64,000 nt of DNA from an uncultured bacterium (GTDB lineage: Bacteria > Oederibacteriota > PGYV01 > CAWJRG01): contig CAWJRG010000010.1 of assembly GCA_963845185.1 (NCBI GenBank), positions 480,001 to 544,000 on the forward strand, given 5' to 3'. The notes beneath the pieces are model-generated. The model searched no databases, had not been told where the DNA came from, and saw only the letters and a list, made by a program, of their open reading frames with translations. The translations under genes and the position numbers were made by a program. Position 1 is the first letter of the stretch, and every line of letters begins with the position of its first letter. Shown piece by piece: positions 34,118 through 44,231 of this stretch.

Positions 34118-34969
34118 TTACTGAAACTTCACGAGTTGTATGCTGATGTCCCAGAGTCTTTTCGCGATTTCCTGATTCATTGATTCTTTTGAAGGCTTTG
34201 CTTCTTTACAATTAACGAAATATTTCCCCGTAACACCCTCAACTTCCGGTGACGAAGCCAGATATATTGATGTCCGCGCTCCCTTTTCCGGCGATACCAT
34301 GGCAAACGCGAAGGCCCTGTAAAAAAAACTTATTAAAGCTCCGCCGCCGCTGCCAAAATTCGTGGCCACTACCCCGGGATGCAGGCAGTTTGAAGTCACT
34401 TGCGTGCCTTGTAATCTTTTTGCCAACTCAGATGTAAAAAGCACGTTTGCGAGTTTTGACATGCCATACGCGCCCATCATACTGTATCTTTTTTCTGACT
34501 GAAGGTCGTCAAAATTTATATGACCTGATAAATGCGCCATTGAAGAAACCGTAACCACGCGCGAAGGCGCGCTTGATTTTAAAAGCGGTAGCAGCATGTT
34601 TGTGAGTAAAAACGGCGCGAGGTGGTTTACCCCAAAAGTGGTCTCAAAACCGTCCTTTGTAAGCGTACGCTTTCCAACCACGCCGCCTGCGTTGTTAACA
34701 AGCACATGGAGCTCCCTGTATTTAGCCAGTATTTCATTTGCCGCGGTTCTAACAGACTCAAGAGACGAAAAATCCACAATAATAAGCTTTATATTTTCAT
34801 TACCGCTTCTTTTTTTTATAGTTCCCATGGCTTCAAGCCCTTTTTGCTCGTTCCTGCACATCATAATAATTTCAGCGCCTTTTCCAGCGAGCCCAACGTA
34901 TGTCTCAAATCCTATGCCCGAGTTGGCGCCTGTGACTATTACTGTCTTTTCTTTCATTTCATCTGTCAT
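34118..34969 (-). CDS. SDR oxidoreductase (retinol dehydrogenase-like)
   Basis: TGANSGIG, NNAG, GVNHLAPF, YGMSK, LHPGVVAT. Confidence 0.92.
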   Translation of the reverse strand: MTDEMKEKTVIVTGANSGIGFETYVGLAGKGAEIIMMCRNEQKGLEAMGTIKKRSGNENIKLIIVDFSSLESVRTAANEILAKYRELHVLVNNAGGVVGKRTLTKDGFETTFGVNHLAPFLLTNMLLPLLKSSAPSRVVTVSSMAHLSGHINFDDLQSEKRYSMMGAYGMSKLANVLFTSELAKRLQGTQVTSNCLHPGVVATNFGSGGGALISFFYRAFAFAMVSPEKGARTSIYLASSPEVEGVTGKYFVNCKEAKPSKESMNQEIAKRLWDISIQLVKFQ

Positions 34970-35289
34970 ATTTTCTCCTTTGTTAAAGCTTATTTAGCAA
35001 GCCGTAAAAAGGCGAAGCTAAATATTGCTTTTTGCTTGCTTCCATTCAAGTATAAAACTTGCAATGGACATATTATTTATACGTAATAAACTTATATATT
35101 GAAGGGTTTAAAATTTCAATCTTAAGATTCTGCTTTTTATTGACTTTTTTACGGAATTATTTTTATACGGACAGGCGTATTAAGACACAGCCTATAAACA
35201 AGAGCTGCTTGCGTGAAAGCGTTAATAATGGAATTTTGGGGAATATGCACAATTAAGGAAGCGTTTTTCCGGTTTTGGATATAATCCGT

Positions 35290-35811
35290 CTAATTTAAAA
35301 AATTTTTTAATAAAAGCTGTAAAGCTTTCTCCTTCATTGTTGAAAGGAAATTTTTTGCAAGTTGTTCTTCGAGTTTACCTTTTGAAACGCACACCAGGTT
35401 CATGCTTGTTGCCAGTATAGCCATGGTATCGGAAAGTTCAGGCACAATATCAGCCCTGATATTTATTTCATTATCGGTTACCCCCAGGACAAAAGTCACT
35501 TTTACCTTGGTTCCTTCGTTTTTTATTACAGGCATGCCCATGGCAGTGCCGCAGTCACAGCTTTCGGGCCCAAGGTTCATTTCAACAGGAACTGTTGTGA
35601 GCGTCCCTGCCTGCTCGTCACTGCTGTCTATTTTATAGCCAAGCATCGGCAGTATTTTTTGTGTGGCTTTCATTAACATCACCGCATTTCCCGGCACTGA
35701 CTGCCTGTAAAGCGTGACCGGGATTGTAGGCTTGATATAAGCTGATGAACAGGAACCCAGAATAAAAAACGCCGTAATTAAACCGGTAAACACTATAATT
35801 TTTCTTTTCAC
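35290..35811 (-). CDS. Hypothetical lipoprotein
   Basis: Lipobox ILGSC; CDCG motif; overlaps the stop of the upstream gene. Confidence 0.65.
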   Translation of the reverse strand: MKRKIIVFTGLITAFFILGSCSSAYIKPTIPVTLYRQSVPGNAVMLMKATQKILPMLGYKIDSSDEQAGTLTTVPVEMNLGPESCDCGTAMGMPVIKNEGTKVKVTFVLGVTDNEINIRADIVPELSDTMAILATSMNLVCVSKGKLEEQLAKNFLSTMKEKALQLLLKNFLN

Positions 35812-37259
35812 TTTTGCCTCCCTATAGTAATTTCAGTCGCCGCTGCAAACCCGTTGTTTGCAGCGATCGCCTCAAGCCTAACATATCGCCCTGCTACAGG
35901 GCCGAATGTTGCAACTTTCATGCTTGAATCAGCAGCCCATTTGCCTGATGCTGCCTTGATAAATTTTGAGCCATCCCCGCTTACATATATTACATAAGAC
36001 GTTATTGCTCCTTCTGATGTGGGCGTGGCGTTTACTATATATTTCGGCACATAACAAAGCATGCCGATGTCCGGGTATACCTGGCCAAGGTCAAGCGTTA
36101 TTGACTGCGGCAATTTCTTGTCCGATTCCCATGCCGTATAATAACCAGCGTCGTTTATGCCGTCAATGGCCAAAGCTGCATCGCCGCTTGTGGCTTCAGC
36201 GCTCTGCACTGCAATAGGAAATTCGTTTTGTAGCGGCTGTTTAGGCAAAGGCTTGCGTTTAAGGTTTGGTTTCCATTTCTTTCCTACTTCAGCAAGCCTG
36301 TCCACTATTTTGGAATCAAGCAGACCCTGCCTGTTCGGCGGGCAGTTTAAAATAAAAACGGTATAACGTTCCTCCAGCGGTTTTAAATGCTTTTCAACAA
36401 TGTCGTCAAGGCTCATTGGGTTTTCTTTTTCTGTTTGTTCGCCCCAAAACCAGTCATTGCCGCTGATAATTTTATTATCCTGCGCTGCCGCAAGCTTGTT
36501 GCCTGCTGGCGAGAAAACCCCTTTTGGCTCCTCAAATACAAAAATATCGTTGTCCCACTGGCACTGCAGATGAGTGTGGTCTATTATAAGGCAGTCGGGC
36601 TGAAGCGATTTTATATATGCCCTTATCTCCGCGTAAGGCATTGCCTTGTGCCCCATTTTCCACGACCAGCCGTCTAATATCAGGACAGGTATAGGCCCGT
36701 AATTTGTAAGCAGTTCTCTTAGCTGGGCTTTTACATAGTCAATGTCATCCCGGGTTATCGGTTTGTTGCCTATGCCTTTTGTGTTATCCCATATGGAATA
36801 GTAAAGCCCTGGCAGCAGGCCTTTTGCCCTGAAAGCTTCCACATATTCTCGTACAACGTCGCCTTTACCGTTTTTCCACGGTATGCTTTTAACGCTAAAA
36901 TCGCTTGTCTCTGTCTGCCACAGCGCGAAACCGTCGTGGTGCTTTGTCGTGAGCACGCCGAAAGTCATGCCTGCTGATTTTGCCGCGTCTGCCCACTGGC
37001 CCGGGTTTAATTTTTCCGGATTGAATTTTGTAATATCCAGGTTTCTCTGCGACCATACGCCTGTGTAAGTCAATATGCCGAAATGAATGAACATGCCAAA
37101 ACGTAAATCAACAAAATCCCTCTGTAATTCCTCAAGGCTTTTTCCCGAAGATTTAATTTTTGTGTCTGCTTTTGTTTCCTGTTTCACAACCTCGCCTCCT
37201 GCGCATAATAATAAACCAAGAAGAAAAATTATAACTGTTATTGAAATAGCTTTTTTCAT
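35808..37259 (-). CDS. GH29 alpha-L-fucosidase with F5/8 type C (CBM32) domain
   Basis: FGMFIHFG, TTKHHDGFALW, GLYYSIWD, LILDGW; C-terminal AIDG...WES...LDLG...RYVRLEA. Confidence 0.9.
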   Translation of the reverse strand: MKKAISITVIIFLLGLLLCAGGEVVKQETKADTKIKSSGKSLEELQRDFVDLRFGMFIHFGILTYTGVWSQRNLDITKFNPEKLNPGQWADAAKSAGMTFGVLTTKHHDGFALWQTETSDFSVKSIPWKNGKGDVVREYVEAFRAKGLLPGLYYSIWDNTKGIGNKPITRDDIDYVKAQLRELLTNYGPIPVLILDGWSWKMGHKAMPYAEIRAYIKSLQPDCLIIDHTHLQCQWDNDIFVFEEPKGVFSPAGNKLAAAQDNKIISGNDWFWGEQTEKENPMSLDDIVEKHLKPLEERYTVFILNCPPNRQGLLDSKIVDRLAEVGKKWKPNLKRKPLPKQPLQNEFPIAVQSAEATSGDAALAIDGINDAGYYTAWESDKKLPQSITLDLGQVYPDIGMLCYVPKYIVNATPTSEGAITSYVIYVSGDGSKFIKAASGKWAADSSMKVATFGPVAGRYVRLEAIAANNGFAAATEITIGRQK

Positions 37260-37288
37260 GTCCTCTTCTCCCTGCTGTATTTTTTAAC

Positions 37289-37317
37289 GTAGAGATGCAG
37301 CAACGCTGCGTCTCTAC
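37289..37317. repeat. GTAG-type REP-like palindrome
   Basis: GTAGAGATGCAGCAACGCTGCGTCTCTAC. Confidence 0.75.
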
Positions 37318-37340
37318 AAATATAAATTCATTATAAAATT

Positions 37341-38054
37341 CTATAACTGCCCTGCAATATTACTCATTATTTTGTTCATAATTCTGTTTATTTCCTCAAA
37401 TCTTGCTTTTTGACTTAAAATTTCCTTTTCGTCCTGAACAAACTTGTTTTTAATAAGCTTTTTTGGCCTGATTTTAAAATTTTCCGTTATATAATTTAAC
37501 GAATATTCAAAATGAAACTGCACTCCCGCGGCTTTTTCTCCGTAGGTAAACGCCTGATTACTGCATGCTTTGCTAAAAGCAAGATTTTTGCATCCTTTTG
37601 GTATTTCAAAAGTATCGCCGTGCCAGTGAAATAGATTTAATTTTGTGGCAAGGCCTTTAAACAGCCATGATTTTTTCCCCGCTTTTTTAAGCCAGACCGG
37701 GTAAAACCCTATTTCTATATGCTTATTTTTCTTTACTTTTGCGCCCAAGCAGTCTGCCATTAATTGCCCGCCGAGGCAGATGCCCAGTATGGCTTTGTCC
37801 GCTTTGATCGATTTTTTAATAAATTCTTTTTCCCTTTTCAGCCACGGGTACTTGCCCTCTTCATTAACACCCATGGACCCGCCCATTATGATGAGCCAGT
37901 CAAATTCATTCAGTCCCGGCAGATTCTGGTTTTTGTATAAAAGGGTTTTGGTTATTTTGTATTTTCTTTTCTTAAGCCATCCTTCTATATTGCCGAGGTT
38001 TTCGCTTTTCACATGTTGCAGATAGTGGACTCTAATATTTTTCGAGTGCTTCAT
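37341..38054 (-). CDS. Type 1 glutamine amidotransferase
   Basis: LIIMGG, LGICLGGQL, FHWHGDTF, GVQFHFE. Confidence 0.9.
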   Translation of the reverse strand: MKHSKNIRVHYLQHVKSENLGNIEGWLKKRKYKITKTLLYKNQNLPGLNEFDWLIIMGGSMGVNEEGKYPWLKREKEFIKKSIKADKAILGICLGGQLMADCLGAKVKKNKHIEIGFYPVWLKKAGKKSWLFKGLATKLNLFHWHGDTFEIPKGCKNLAFSKACSNQAFTYGEKAAGVQFHFEYSLNYITENFKIRPKKLIKNKFVQDEKEILSQKARFEEINRIMNKIMSNIAGQL

Positions 38055-38077
38055 TAAAGCATTGCTTCGGTTAAAAT

Positions 38078-38740
38078 CTATATATGAAGCGGGTCTTTCA
38101 ATCCCGCTTCTTTAAATCCTTTTGCCCTTAATTTGCACGCGGCACATTTTCCGCATCCCGGCCTTTTGCCTTTATAGCAGGTATGTGTGTATTTTATGTA
38201 TTCCAGTATTTTTAATTTTGCAGCCAGCTGGACAATTTGTTTTTTTGACTTTTTAACCAGCGGGGTATGGATTTTTATTTTATATTCCATGCCGAGTGAA
38301 AGCGATTTTGCCATTGATTTTATGAATTCAGCCCTGCAGTCCGGATAGCCGGAATAATCCACCTGTGATACGCCTATGACAATATCATGCATTTTTTTTG
38401 TATAAGCGAGTGCCGCCGCTGTTGTGAGAAACAATATGTTCCTTCCGGGGACAAAAGAAGCAGGAAGGTTTTTGTTTATTTTGTCTTTTTTATTTAAATT
38501 TATTTTTTTATCCATAAGGGCGCTGTTTTTTATATATTTATATTCACATATGTTAATTATGTGGTGTTTTATTCCCGCAATACCTGCTATTTTTTTCGCG
38601 CTTTTAAGCTCTATTTTGTGCTTTTGCCCGTAATCAAAACTTACTGCTTCAACCTTTTTAAATTTCTTTTTTGCCCAGAATAAAGCCGTGGTTGAATCCT
38701 GACCGCCGCTGAGCAAAACAATCGCCGGAATATTTTTCAT
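38078..38740 (-). CDS. queC: 7-cyano-7-deazaguanine synthase
   Basis: SGGQDST, FDYGQKH, VPGRN, YPDCR, TCY...CGKCAAC..R. Confidence 0.95.
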   Translation of the reverse strand: MKNIPAIVLLSGGQDSTTALFWAKKKFKKVEAVSFDYGQKHKIELKSAKKIAGIAGIKHHIINICEYKYIKNSALMDKKINLNKKDKINKNLPASFVPGRNILFLTTAAALAYTKKMHDIVIGVSQVDYSGYPDCRAEFIKSMAKSLSLGMEYKIKIHTPLVKKSKKQIVQLAAKLKILEYIKYTHTCYKGKRPGCGKCAACKLRAKGFKEAGLKDPLHI

Positions 38741-38765
38741 TCTTCACCTCGCATCTTGCGCATAT

Positions 38766-39461
38766 TCATACAGCCCTTGCAATCGTAATTGCCCTTACTT
38801 CCTTGGCTCCTGCCTTGATAAGTACTTTCGCTATCTCGTTTATCGTGCTCCCGGTGGTGTAAACATCGTCCACGATAACAATATTTTTGCCTTCAACTGC
38901 GCTGATAAATCCGTCTTTTATGCTGAAAGCGCCTTTTAGGTTTCCAAGCCTTTTTTCCCGCTCAAGCGAACTCTGGCGCTCTGTTTCCCTTGTCTTAACT
39001 ACAATGTTATTTGCCGGAATTTTTAGCTTAAAAGATATATGTCTTGCTAATAATTCGGTCTGGTTGTATTCTCTTTCTGCCAGCGATTTTTTGCTTAAAG
39101 GCGCCGGCACTATCAAATCAATGCCGTTAAAAATATTCTTGTCGATTTTATCAAGCAGAGTTTCGGAAAGCAGCTTAAAAAGCTTCTTTTTCTTGTTGAA
39201 TTTAAAAAAATGTATCATTTCCTTTAAAGCGCCTTCATATGTTCCCGCAGCCCTTGTATAAGAAAAATAATTTTTGCGTTCAAAACATTCGCGGCATATT
39301 GCCGTGGCGTCAGTATCAAGCGGCTTTTCGCATATTCTGCAATGTGGTTTAGGCAGGCTTTTTATCTCGTTGTAACATTTCTCGCATACATATAAATAAG
39401 TGAAATCCTTGATATACCTTTTGCACGACGGGCATGCGCACGGGAAAAGCAGGCTTAACAA
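38766..39461 (-). CDS. comF: ComF family protein (zinc ribbon plus PRTase)
   Basis: Four CxxC pairs; R.YNQ; IVDDVYTTGST. Confidence 0.9.
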   Translation of the reverse strand: MLSLLFPCACPSCKRYIKDFTYLYVCEKCYNEIKSLPKPHCRICEKPLDTDATAICRECFERKNYFSYTRAAGTYEGALKEMIHFFKFNKKKKLFKLLSETLLDKIDKNIFNGIDLIVPAPLSKKSLAEREYNQTELLARHISFKLKIPANNIVVKTRETERQSSLEREKRLGNLKGAFSIKDGFISAVEGKNIVIVDDVYTTGSTINEIAKVLIKAGAKEVRAITIARAV

Positions 39462-39534
39462 TCCGTTCTTTAGTATTTTCCGGCAGGCATTAAAGCAATC
39501 CCCGGCTGCTTCCGCACCCCTGTAAAGATGTATA

Positions 39535-40560
39535 TTAAATGTCTTTAAAAAGCTTTTTATGGTCTTTCACCCATTCATAAAGCAGTTTTACGCCTTCCTG
39601 CGGCGAAATTTTCGGTTCCCAGCCCAACATTTCTTTTGCTTTATCTATATTGCATATAAAAACCGGCTGGTCTCCCGGCCTCCACTCCGAGTACACAAGG
39701 GGTATTTTCTTGCCGAAAAACTGTTCAAGGAAAGCAATAAGTTCCAAAAGCGACATTGTGTTTTTTGGCCCCCCGCCTATATTGAATGCCTGGCCTTTTA
39801 CTTTATCAATATTTTTTATTGCTGACTCGTAAGCGTCAACAAGGTCTTCTATGAAAAGCACGTCCCTTACCTGCTTGCCGTCGCCGTATATAGTAAGCTT
39901 CTTGTCCATCATGGTTGCTATGGTAAACCACGCCACCCATCCCTGGTCTTCTATGCCAAACTGCCTGTAGCCGTATATGCACGACTGCCTGAAAACAACC
40001 GTGCGTAAGCCGTAAATCCTGGAATAATCTATCATGTACTGGTCTGCCGTGCCTTTTGAGCAGCCGTAAGGCGAATGGAAATCAAGCAACCGGCCCTCGC
40101 TTATTCCGCCTGGCAGGTCTGCATATTCATACCTGTTGTTGTTCTCGACGATTTTGATATCTGTCATTCCGCCGTAGACTTTATTTGTTGAAGAAAAAAG
40201 TATTACCGGGTTTGCCTTATTTTCCCTTATTGCCTCAAGCACATTAAAAGCGCCCAGCGCGTTTATTTCAAAATCTTCCCTTGGATTTGTGACCGACGTG
40301 GTAACAGCCACCTGTGCCGCAAAATGAAAGACTGCGTCAAAATCTTTTTCCTTTTTAAACAGATTGTATAAATCCTTGTACTTTCTCACGTCCCCCTTGA
40401 TAAAGACCATGTTGTTGTGCCTTTTAAGCCATTTTAAGTTCCATTCCGTTCCCCTGCGCGAAAGATTGTCAAAAATATAAACCCTGTCCCCTCTTTTTAA
40501 AAATCTGTCAGCCACATTTGCGCCAATAAAACCTGCTCCGCCTGTCGCAAGAATTTTCAT
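39535..40560 (-). CDS. NDP-sugar epimerase, CDP-paratose 2-epimerase-like
   Basis: TGGAGFIG, DNLSRRG, AAQVAVTTS, STNKVYG, SPYGCSK, EDQGWVAWF, WRPGDQ. Confidence 0.88.
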   Translation of the reverse strand: MKILATGGAGFIGANVADRFLKRGDRVYIFDNLSRRGTEWNLKWLKRHNNMVFIKGDVRKYKDLYNLFKKEKDFDAVFHFAAQVAVTTSVTNPREDFEINALGAFNVLEAIRENKANPVILFSSTNKVYGGMTDIKIVENNNRYEYADLPGGISEGRLLDFHSPYGCSKGTADQYMIDYSRIYGLRTVVFRQSCIYGYRQFGIEDQGWVAWFTIATMMDKKLTIYGDGKQVRDVLFIEDLVDAYESAIKNIDKVKGQAFNIGGGPKNTMSLLELIAFLEQFFGKKIPLVYSEWRPGDQPVFICNIDKAKEMLGWEPKISPQEGVKLLYEWVKDHKKLFKDI

Positions 40561-40566
40561 TGGAAT

Positions 40567-41416
40567 TTAACTCCTTTTAAACTTGTATTTTATATATCTT
40601 CTGATGGCGTCCCTCCAGCCCGGCATTTCATCGCAGTCCATCAGGTGCAGGTGATAATTAAGCAGTGCTGAAAAAACAGGCCTCTTGGCCGGCCTTTTCC
40701 ACTGGCTCTGGTTCATGACTTTAACCGTTGTCTGCTTTTTCATTATCTTGAAAATTTCCTCAATCATCTCTACGCGTGACGCGTAGCCTTTGTTTACCAT
40801 GTGAAATATTCCCGTCTGGTTCAGTGTCATGAGTTTCTTTATTCCGTTTGCCATGTCAAACGAATACGTTGGCGAGGATACCATGTCTTTTACGGCCACA
40901 ATCTCGTCATTTTTTAAAATGCCGTTCACGACGTAATCTACAAAATGTGCCCTCTTTTCGCCGAACATCCACGCCGTCCTTATTATAAGAAAATCGTTCA
41001 GTATCGTCTGTACAAACTCCTCGCCGGCAAGCTTTGACATGCCGTAGACATCTATCGGGTTTGGCTTGTCAAATTCCGTATATGGCGCTCCCTTGGTCCC
41101 GTCAAAAACATAGTCGGTGCTTATATGTATCATTTTAACTTTATTGTCGCGGCATGCTATTGCGATATTTTTCAGGTCCTATGGCGTTTACGAGGTATGA
41201 AACATCCTGCTCGGTCTCGCATTTATCCACATCGGTTAGCGCGGCTGCGTTTATTACAACATCCGGCGCGTAATCTGTTATGGCCCTGTGGACATCTCTG
41301 AAATTTGTTATATTAATATCGTTTATGTCGGTAGCTTTTATTTCGTATTCACCATCACAGACTTTTATAAGATCTGACCCGAGCAGCCCTGTCGAACCAA
41401 AAATAAATATTTTCAT
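40567..41416 (-). pseudogene. rfbD: dTDP-4-dehydrorhamnose reductase split by a +1 frameshift (real or sequencing error)
   Basis: ORFs 41141-41416 (GSTGLLG, INAAALTDVDKCE) and 40567-41133 (HISTDYVFDG, YGMSK) join as GPENIAIACRDNKVKMIH if one A of the A5 run at 41168-41172 is removed. Confidence 0.88.
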
Positions 41417-41499
41417 TGTGTCTCCTTAGTCGATGTTTTTGAGACAAACCCGAAGGGTGCAGTCGAAAATCACATTGACTTACACCCGGTCAAGTCCGA

Positions 41500-41586
41500 G
41501 GCTTCAGCCGAGAGTTAAAAAGTCCTGCGGACTTTTTAACGGGTAGTTTCCATAAGTTATTATAATATAAAAGCTACCCTGAAGCC
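41500..41586. repeat. Three-stem palindromic element, copy 2
   Basis: GGCTTCAG...GTTAAAAAGTCC-TGC-GGACTTTTTAAC-GGGTAGTTT...AAGCTACC-CTGAAGCC. Confidence 0.6.
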
Positions 41587-41601
41587 GTATTATATTAGTA
41601 G

Positions 41602-42597
41602 TTATTTTCCATACCAGTTTTTATAATAGCTGTTAAAAGCCTTGCCTTTTAGTTTTATCCACCATTCTTTATTGTCTTTATACCAGTCTATCGTCTTTTT
41701 CAGTGCTTGGTTAAAATTGTACTTTGGTTTCCAGCCCATTTTTTTTATTTTTGCCGAATCAAGAGCGTATCGCCTGTCGTGGGCAGGCCTGTCTTTCACC
41801 GGTTTTATCAAAGTACCTGGTTTATGCAGTATTCTTGTTATTTCCTTTGCGACTTCTATATTCGGAACCTCGACATTGCCGCCTATATTGTATACTTCGC
41901 CATTCCTGCCTTTGCGTAACACATAGTCAATGCCTCTGCAATTGTCCCCGACATATATCCAGTTCCTTACATTTTTTCCGTCGCCGTACAAAGGAAGATC
42001 CTTGTCTTCAAGAGCGTTTGTTATAAATAGTGGTATAAATTTCTCGGGATGCTGGTAAGGACCGAAGTTATTCGAGCTCCTTGTAATTACCACAGGCACA
42101 TTAAAAGTTTTGTAGTAAGAAAGTGCTATTAAATCCGCAGCTGCCTTTGACGCCGAATAAGGGCTTGTGGGGTCAATCTGGTCGCCTTCCTTTGATTTCC
42201 CTGATTTTATGCTGCCATAAACCTCGTCTGTCGATATCTGAATAAATTTTTTCACCCTGTATTTTTTCGCTGCTTCAAGAAGGTTGTTTGTGCCTTTTAC
42301 GTTTGTCTCGACAAATATATCCGGGTTGATTATTGACCTGTCAACATGGGTTTCCGCGGCAAAATTGATTACAGCATCGGCGTTTTTGACAGCTTTATCC
42401 ACTTCCTTTATGTCCCTTATATCGCCTTTTATAAATTTAAAATTTTTATATTCGCCGAACCTTTTTATTGTATCCGGATTTGAAGCATAAGTTAAAAGGT
42501 CAAAAACCTCCAGTTTAAGGTTCTTGTATTTTTTCAGCATGTATTCCGTAAAATTAGAGCCTATGAACCCCGCCCCGCCTGTTATCAGTATTCTCAA
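41602..42597 (-). CDS. rfbB: dTDP-glucose 4,6-dehydratase
   Basis: TGGAGFIGSN, AAETHVDRSI, STDEVYG, SPYSASK, DRPAHDRRY; TTG start with GGAGG. Confidence 0.95.
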   Translation of the reverse strand: MRILITGGAGFIGSNFTEYMLKKYKNLKLEVFDLLTYASNPDTIKRFGEYKNFKFIKGDIRDIKEVDKAVKNADAVINFAAETHVDRSIINPDIFVETNVKGTNNLLEAAKKYRVKKFIQISTDEVYGSIKSGKSKEGDQIDPTSPYSASKAAADLIALSYYKTFNVPVVITRSSNNFGPYQHPEKFIPLFITNALEDKDLPLYGDGKNVRNWIYVGDNCRGIDYVLRKGRNGEVYNIGGNVEVPNIEVAKEITRILHKPGTLIKPVKDRPAHDRRYALDSAKIKKMGWKPKYNFNQALKKTIDWYKDNKEWWIKLKGKAFNSYYKNWYGK

Positions 42598-42608
42598 ACC
42601 TGCCTCCT

Positions 42609-43064
42609 TTATCTGTCTTTCCTTGCCCAGTCATACGGTATCTCGCCGTTGTGGGCTTCAACCCTGAATTCGTCCGGTTTCTTGCTGTTATATGGCTCGG
42701 TGCATGTGTTTATTATTATCGCTTCCTCTTCTGATATTCCTTTAAAGCCGTGATGAACATAAGGCGGTACCTGTACCAGCATGGTGTTGTGCTTCCCTAA
42801 AAAAAACTCGTTTATCTCGCCTTTTGTTTTTGATTTTTCCCGCCAGTCATATAACACAAGCTTTATCATGCCCTGTACCACAAAAAAATTGTCATATTGT
42901 TTTTTATGGTAATGCCATCCTTTCACCACACCCGGATACACTGTAGTCATATATACCTGCCCAAATTTAACAAACAGATCGTCGTCGTTCCTTAATATCT
43001 CCACCAGTCTTCCGCGTTCATCAGGAATTACTTTTAAATTTTTTACCCTAACTCCTTGTATCAT
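42609..43064 (-). CDS. rfbC: dTDP-4-dehydrorhamnose 3,5-epimerase
   Basis: DERG, PGVVKGWHYH, HHGF; start ATG 43064 after GGAGG. Confidence 0.88.
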   Translation of the reverse strand: MIQGVRVKNLKVIPDERGRLVEILRNDDDLFVKFGQVYMTTVYPGVVKGWHYHKKQYDNFFVVQGMIKLVLYDWREKSKTKGEINEFFLGKHNTMLVQVPPYVHHGFKGISEEEAIIINTCTEPYNSKKPDEFRVEAHNGEIPYDWARKDR

Positions 43065-43080
43065 TGTAAAACCTCCGCTC

Positions 43081-43148
43081 AATGTTTAATGTTGAAAGTT
43101 TAATGTTAGAGTCTTAAACCTTGAACATTTAACTTTAAACCTTAAACT
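43081..43148. repeat. Inverted arrays of degenerate heptamer repeats
   Basis: (AATGTTT/AATGTTG/AAAGTTT) units followed by (TAAACCT/TGAACAT/TTAACTT) units. Confidence 0.5.
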
Positions 43149-43153
43149 GGTTT

Positions 43154-43885
43154 TTATATATGGTTCGCTCCATGCTTTGCCACAAATATATTTGCCTCTA
43201 AAAGCGCATCTTTTGATTCGCCGCAGTCTTTCCACCAGCCGTCAAGTATATTGCAGGACAATTCATTTCTTTTTAAGTAAGCGTTATTGACATCGGTAAT
43301 CTCAAGCTCGCCTCTCTTTGAAGGTTTCAGTTTTTCTGTTATTTCAAAAACGTCAGGTGAGTAAAAATAAATGCCTATTACGGCAAAATTTGTCTTAGGC
43401 TTTCTTGGCTTTTCCACTATTTTTTTTATTTTTTTGCCTTTAAACTCGGCAACTCCGTATTCGCGCGGATTTTTCACCTCTTTTAGAATAACTTTTGCGC
43501 CGGATTTTTGCTTCCTGAATTCCTGCGCGAATTTTTTAATGTTTTTTTCGATAATATTATCCCCCAACGCCACTATCATCTTGTGATCGCCAACAAACTC
43601 CTGGGCCAGCTTCAACGCATCTGCTATCCCGCCTTCGCCTTCCTGATAGGCGTAATGAATATGGCTCAAACCGAATTCTTTTCCGTTGCCAAGTAACCGT
43701 AAAAAATCCCCGGAATTATTTCCGCCGGTCACTATCATGATATCGTCTATACCGGCCTTTACAAGCATTTCAATCGGGTAATATATCATGGGTTTGTCAT
43801 AAACAGGCAGTAAATGCTTGTTTGTTATGCGGGTCAGGGGATGTAATCTTGTTCCCAAACCTCCAGCCAGAATTATTCCTTTCAT
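43154..43885 (-). CDS. rfbA: Glucose-1-phosphate thymidylyltransferase (short form)
   Basis: GIILAGGLGTRL.PLT...KHLLPVYDKPMIYY, VEKP, RGELEITD. Confidence 0.92.
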   Translation of the reverse strand: MKGIILAGGLGTRLHPLTRITNKHLLPVYDKPMIYYPIEMLVKAGIDDIMIVTGGNNSGDFLRLLGNGKEFGLSHIHYAYQEGEGGIADALKLAQEFVGDHKMIVALGDNIIEKNIKKFAQEFRKQKSGAKVILKEVKNPREYGVAEFKGKKIKKIVEKPRKPKTNFAVIGIYFYSPDVFEITEKLKPSKRGELEITDVNNAYLKRNELSCNILDGWWKDCGESKDALLEANIFVAKHGANHI

Positions 43886-43901
43886 TTTTCACCATTTATT
43901 T

Positions 43902-43929
43902 GTAGAGACGTTATGCATAACGTCTCTAC
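43902..43929. repeat. GTAG-type REP-like palindrome
   Basis: GTAGAGACGTTATGCATAACGTCTCTAC, a perfect palindrome. Confidence 0.78.
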
Positions 43930-43951
43930 TTTTGATTAAAAACTTACGCTA

Positions 43952-43980
43952 ATTATATAAAATAATGCTTGTTTTATCAA
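43952..43980 (-). promoter_or_regulatory. sigma70-type promoter of the rfb operon
   Basis: TTGATA-17 nt-TATAAT. Confidence 0.55.
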
Positions 43981-44231
43981 TAGTTATTGCTTTAAAACAC
44001 GGAGGGCTAAAGGGGCCTGAAACGCTGTATGAATATGGATTTGCTTTCAGGCTCGTGGATGGCGCGGGTAAAGGCCTCGTTTATCCGCAGAAGTTTTTAC
44101 GAAGGCGAAAATGCAGGAAAAATTTCTGGTGTATCTTTAGAGAAAGTGTAAACTTCAGCGCAGCCGGATTGAAATTAAAGAGCTTTTCTTTACACGTACG
44201 TACGAATCAAGGTCTCGCAGTAGATTTTTCC

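Noticed and set aside
35210..35272. TGAAAGCGTTAA and GGAAGCGTTTTTCC resembling LacI/cre operators
   Set aside because: Imperfect, not repeated in the glycan locus, and no cognate regulator is in view.
41436..41451. TTTTTGAGACAAACCC similar to the IS1182 IR (also weakly at 11762-11772)
   Set aside because: Partial match only, with no partner IR or TSD.
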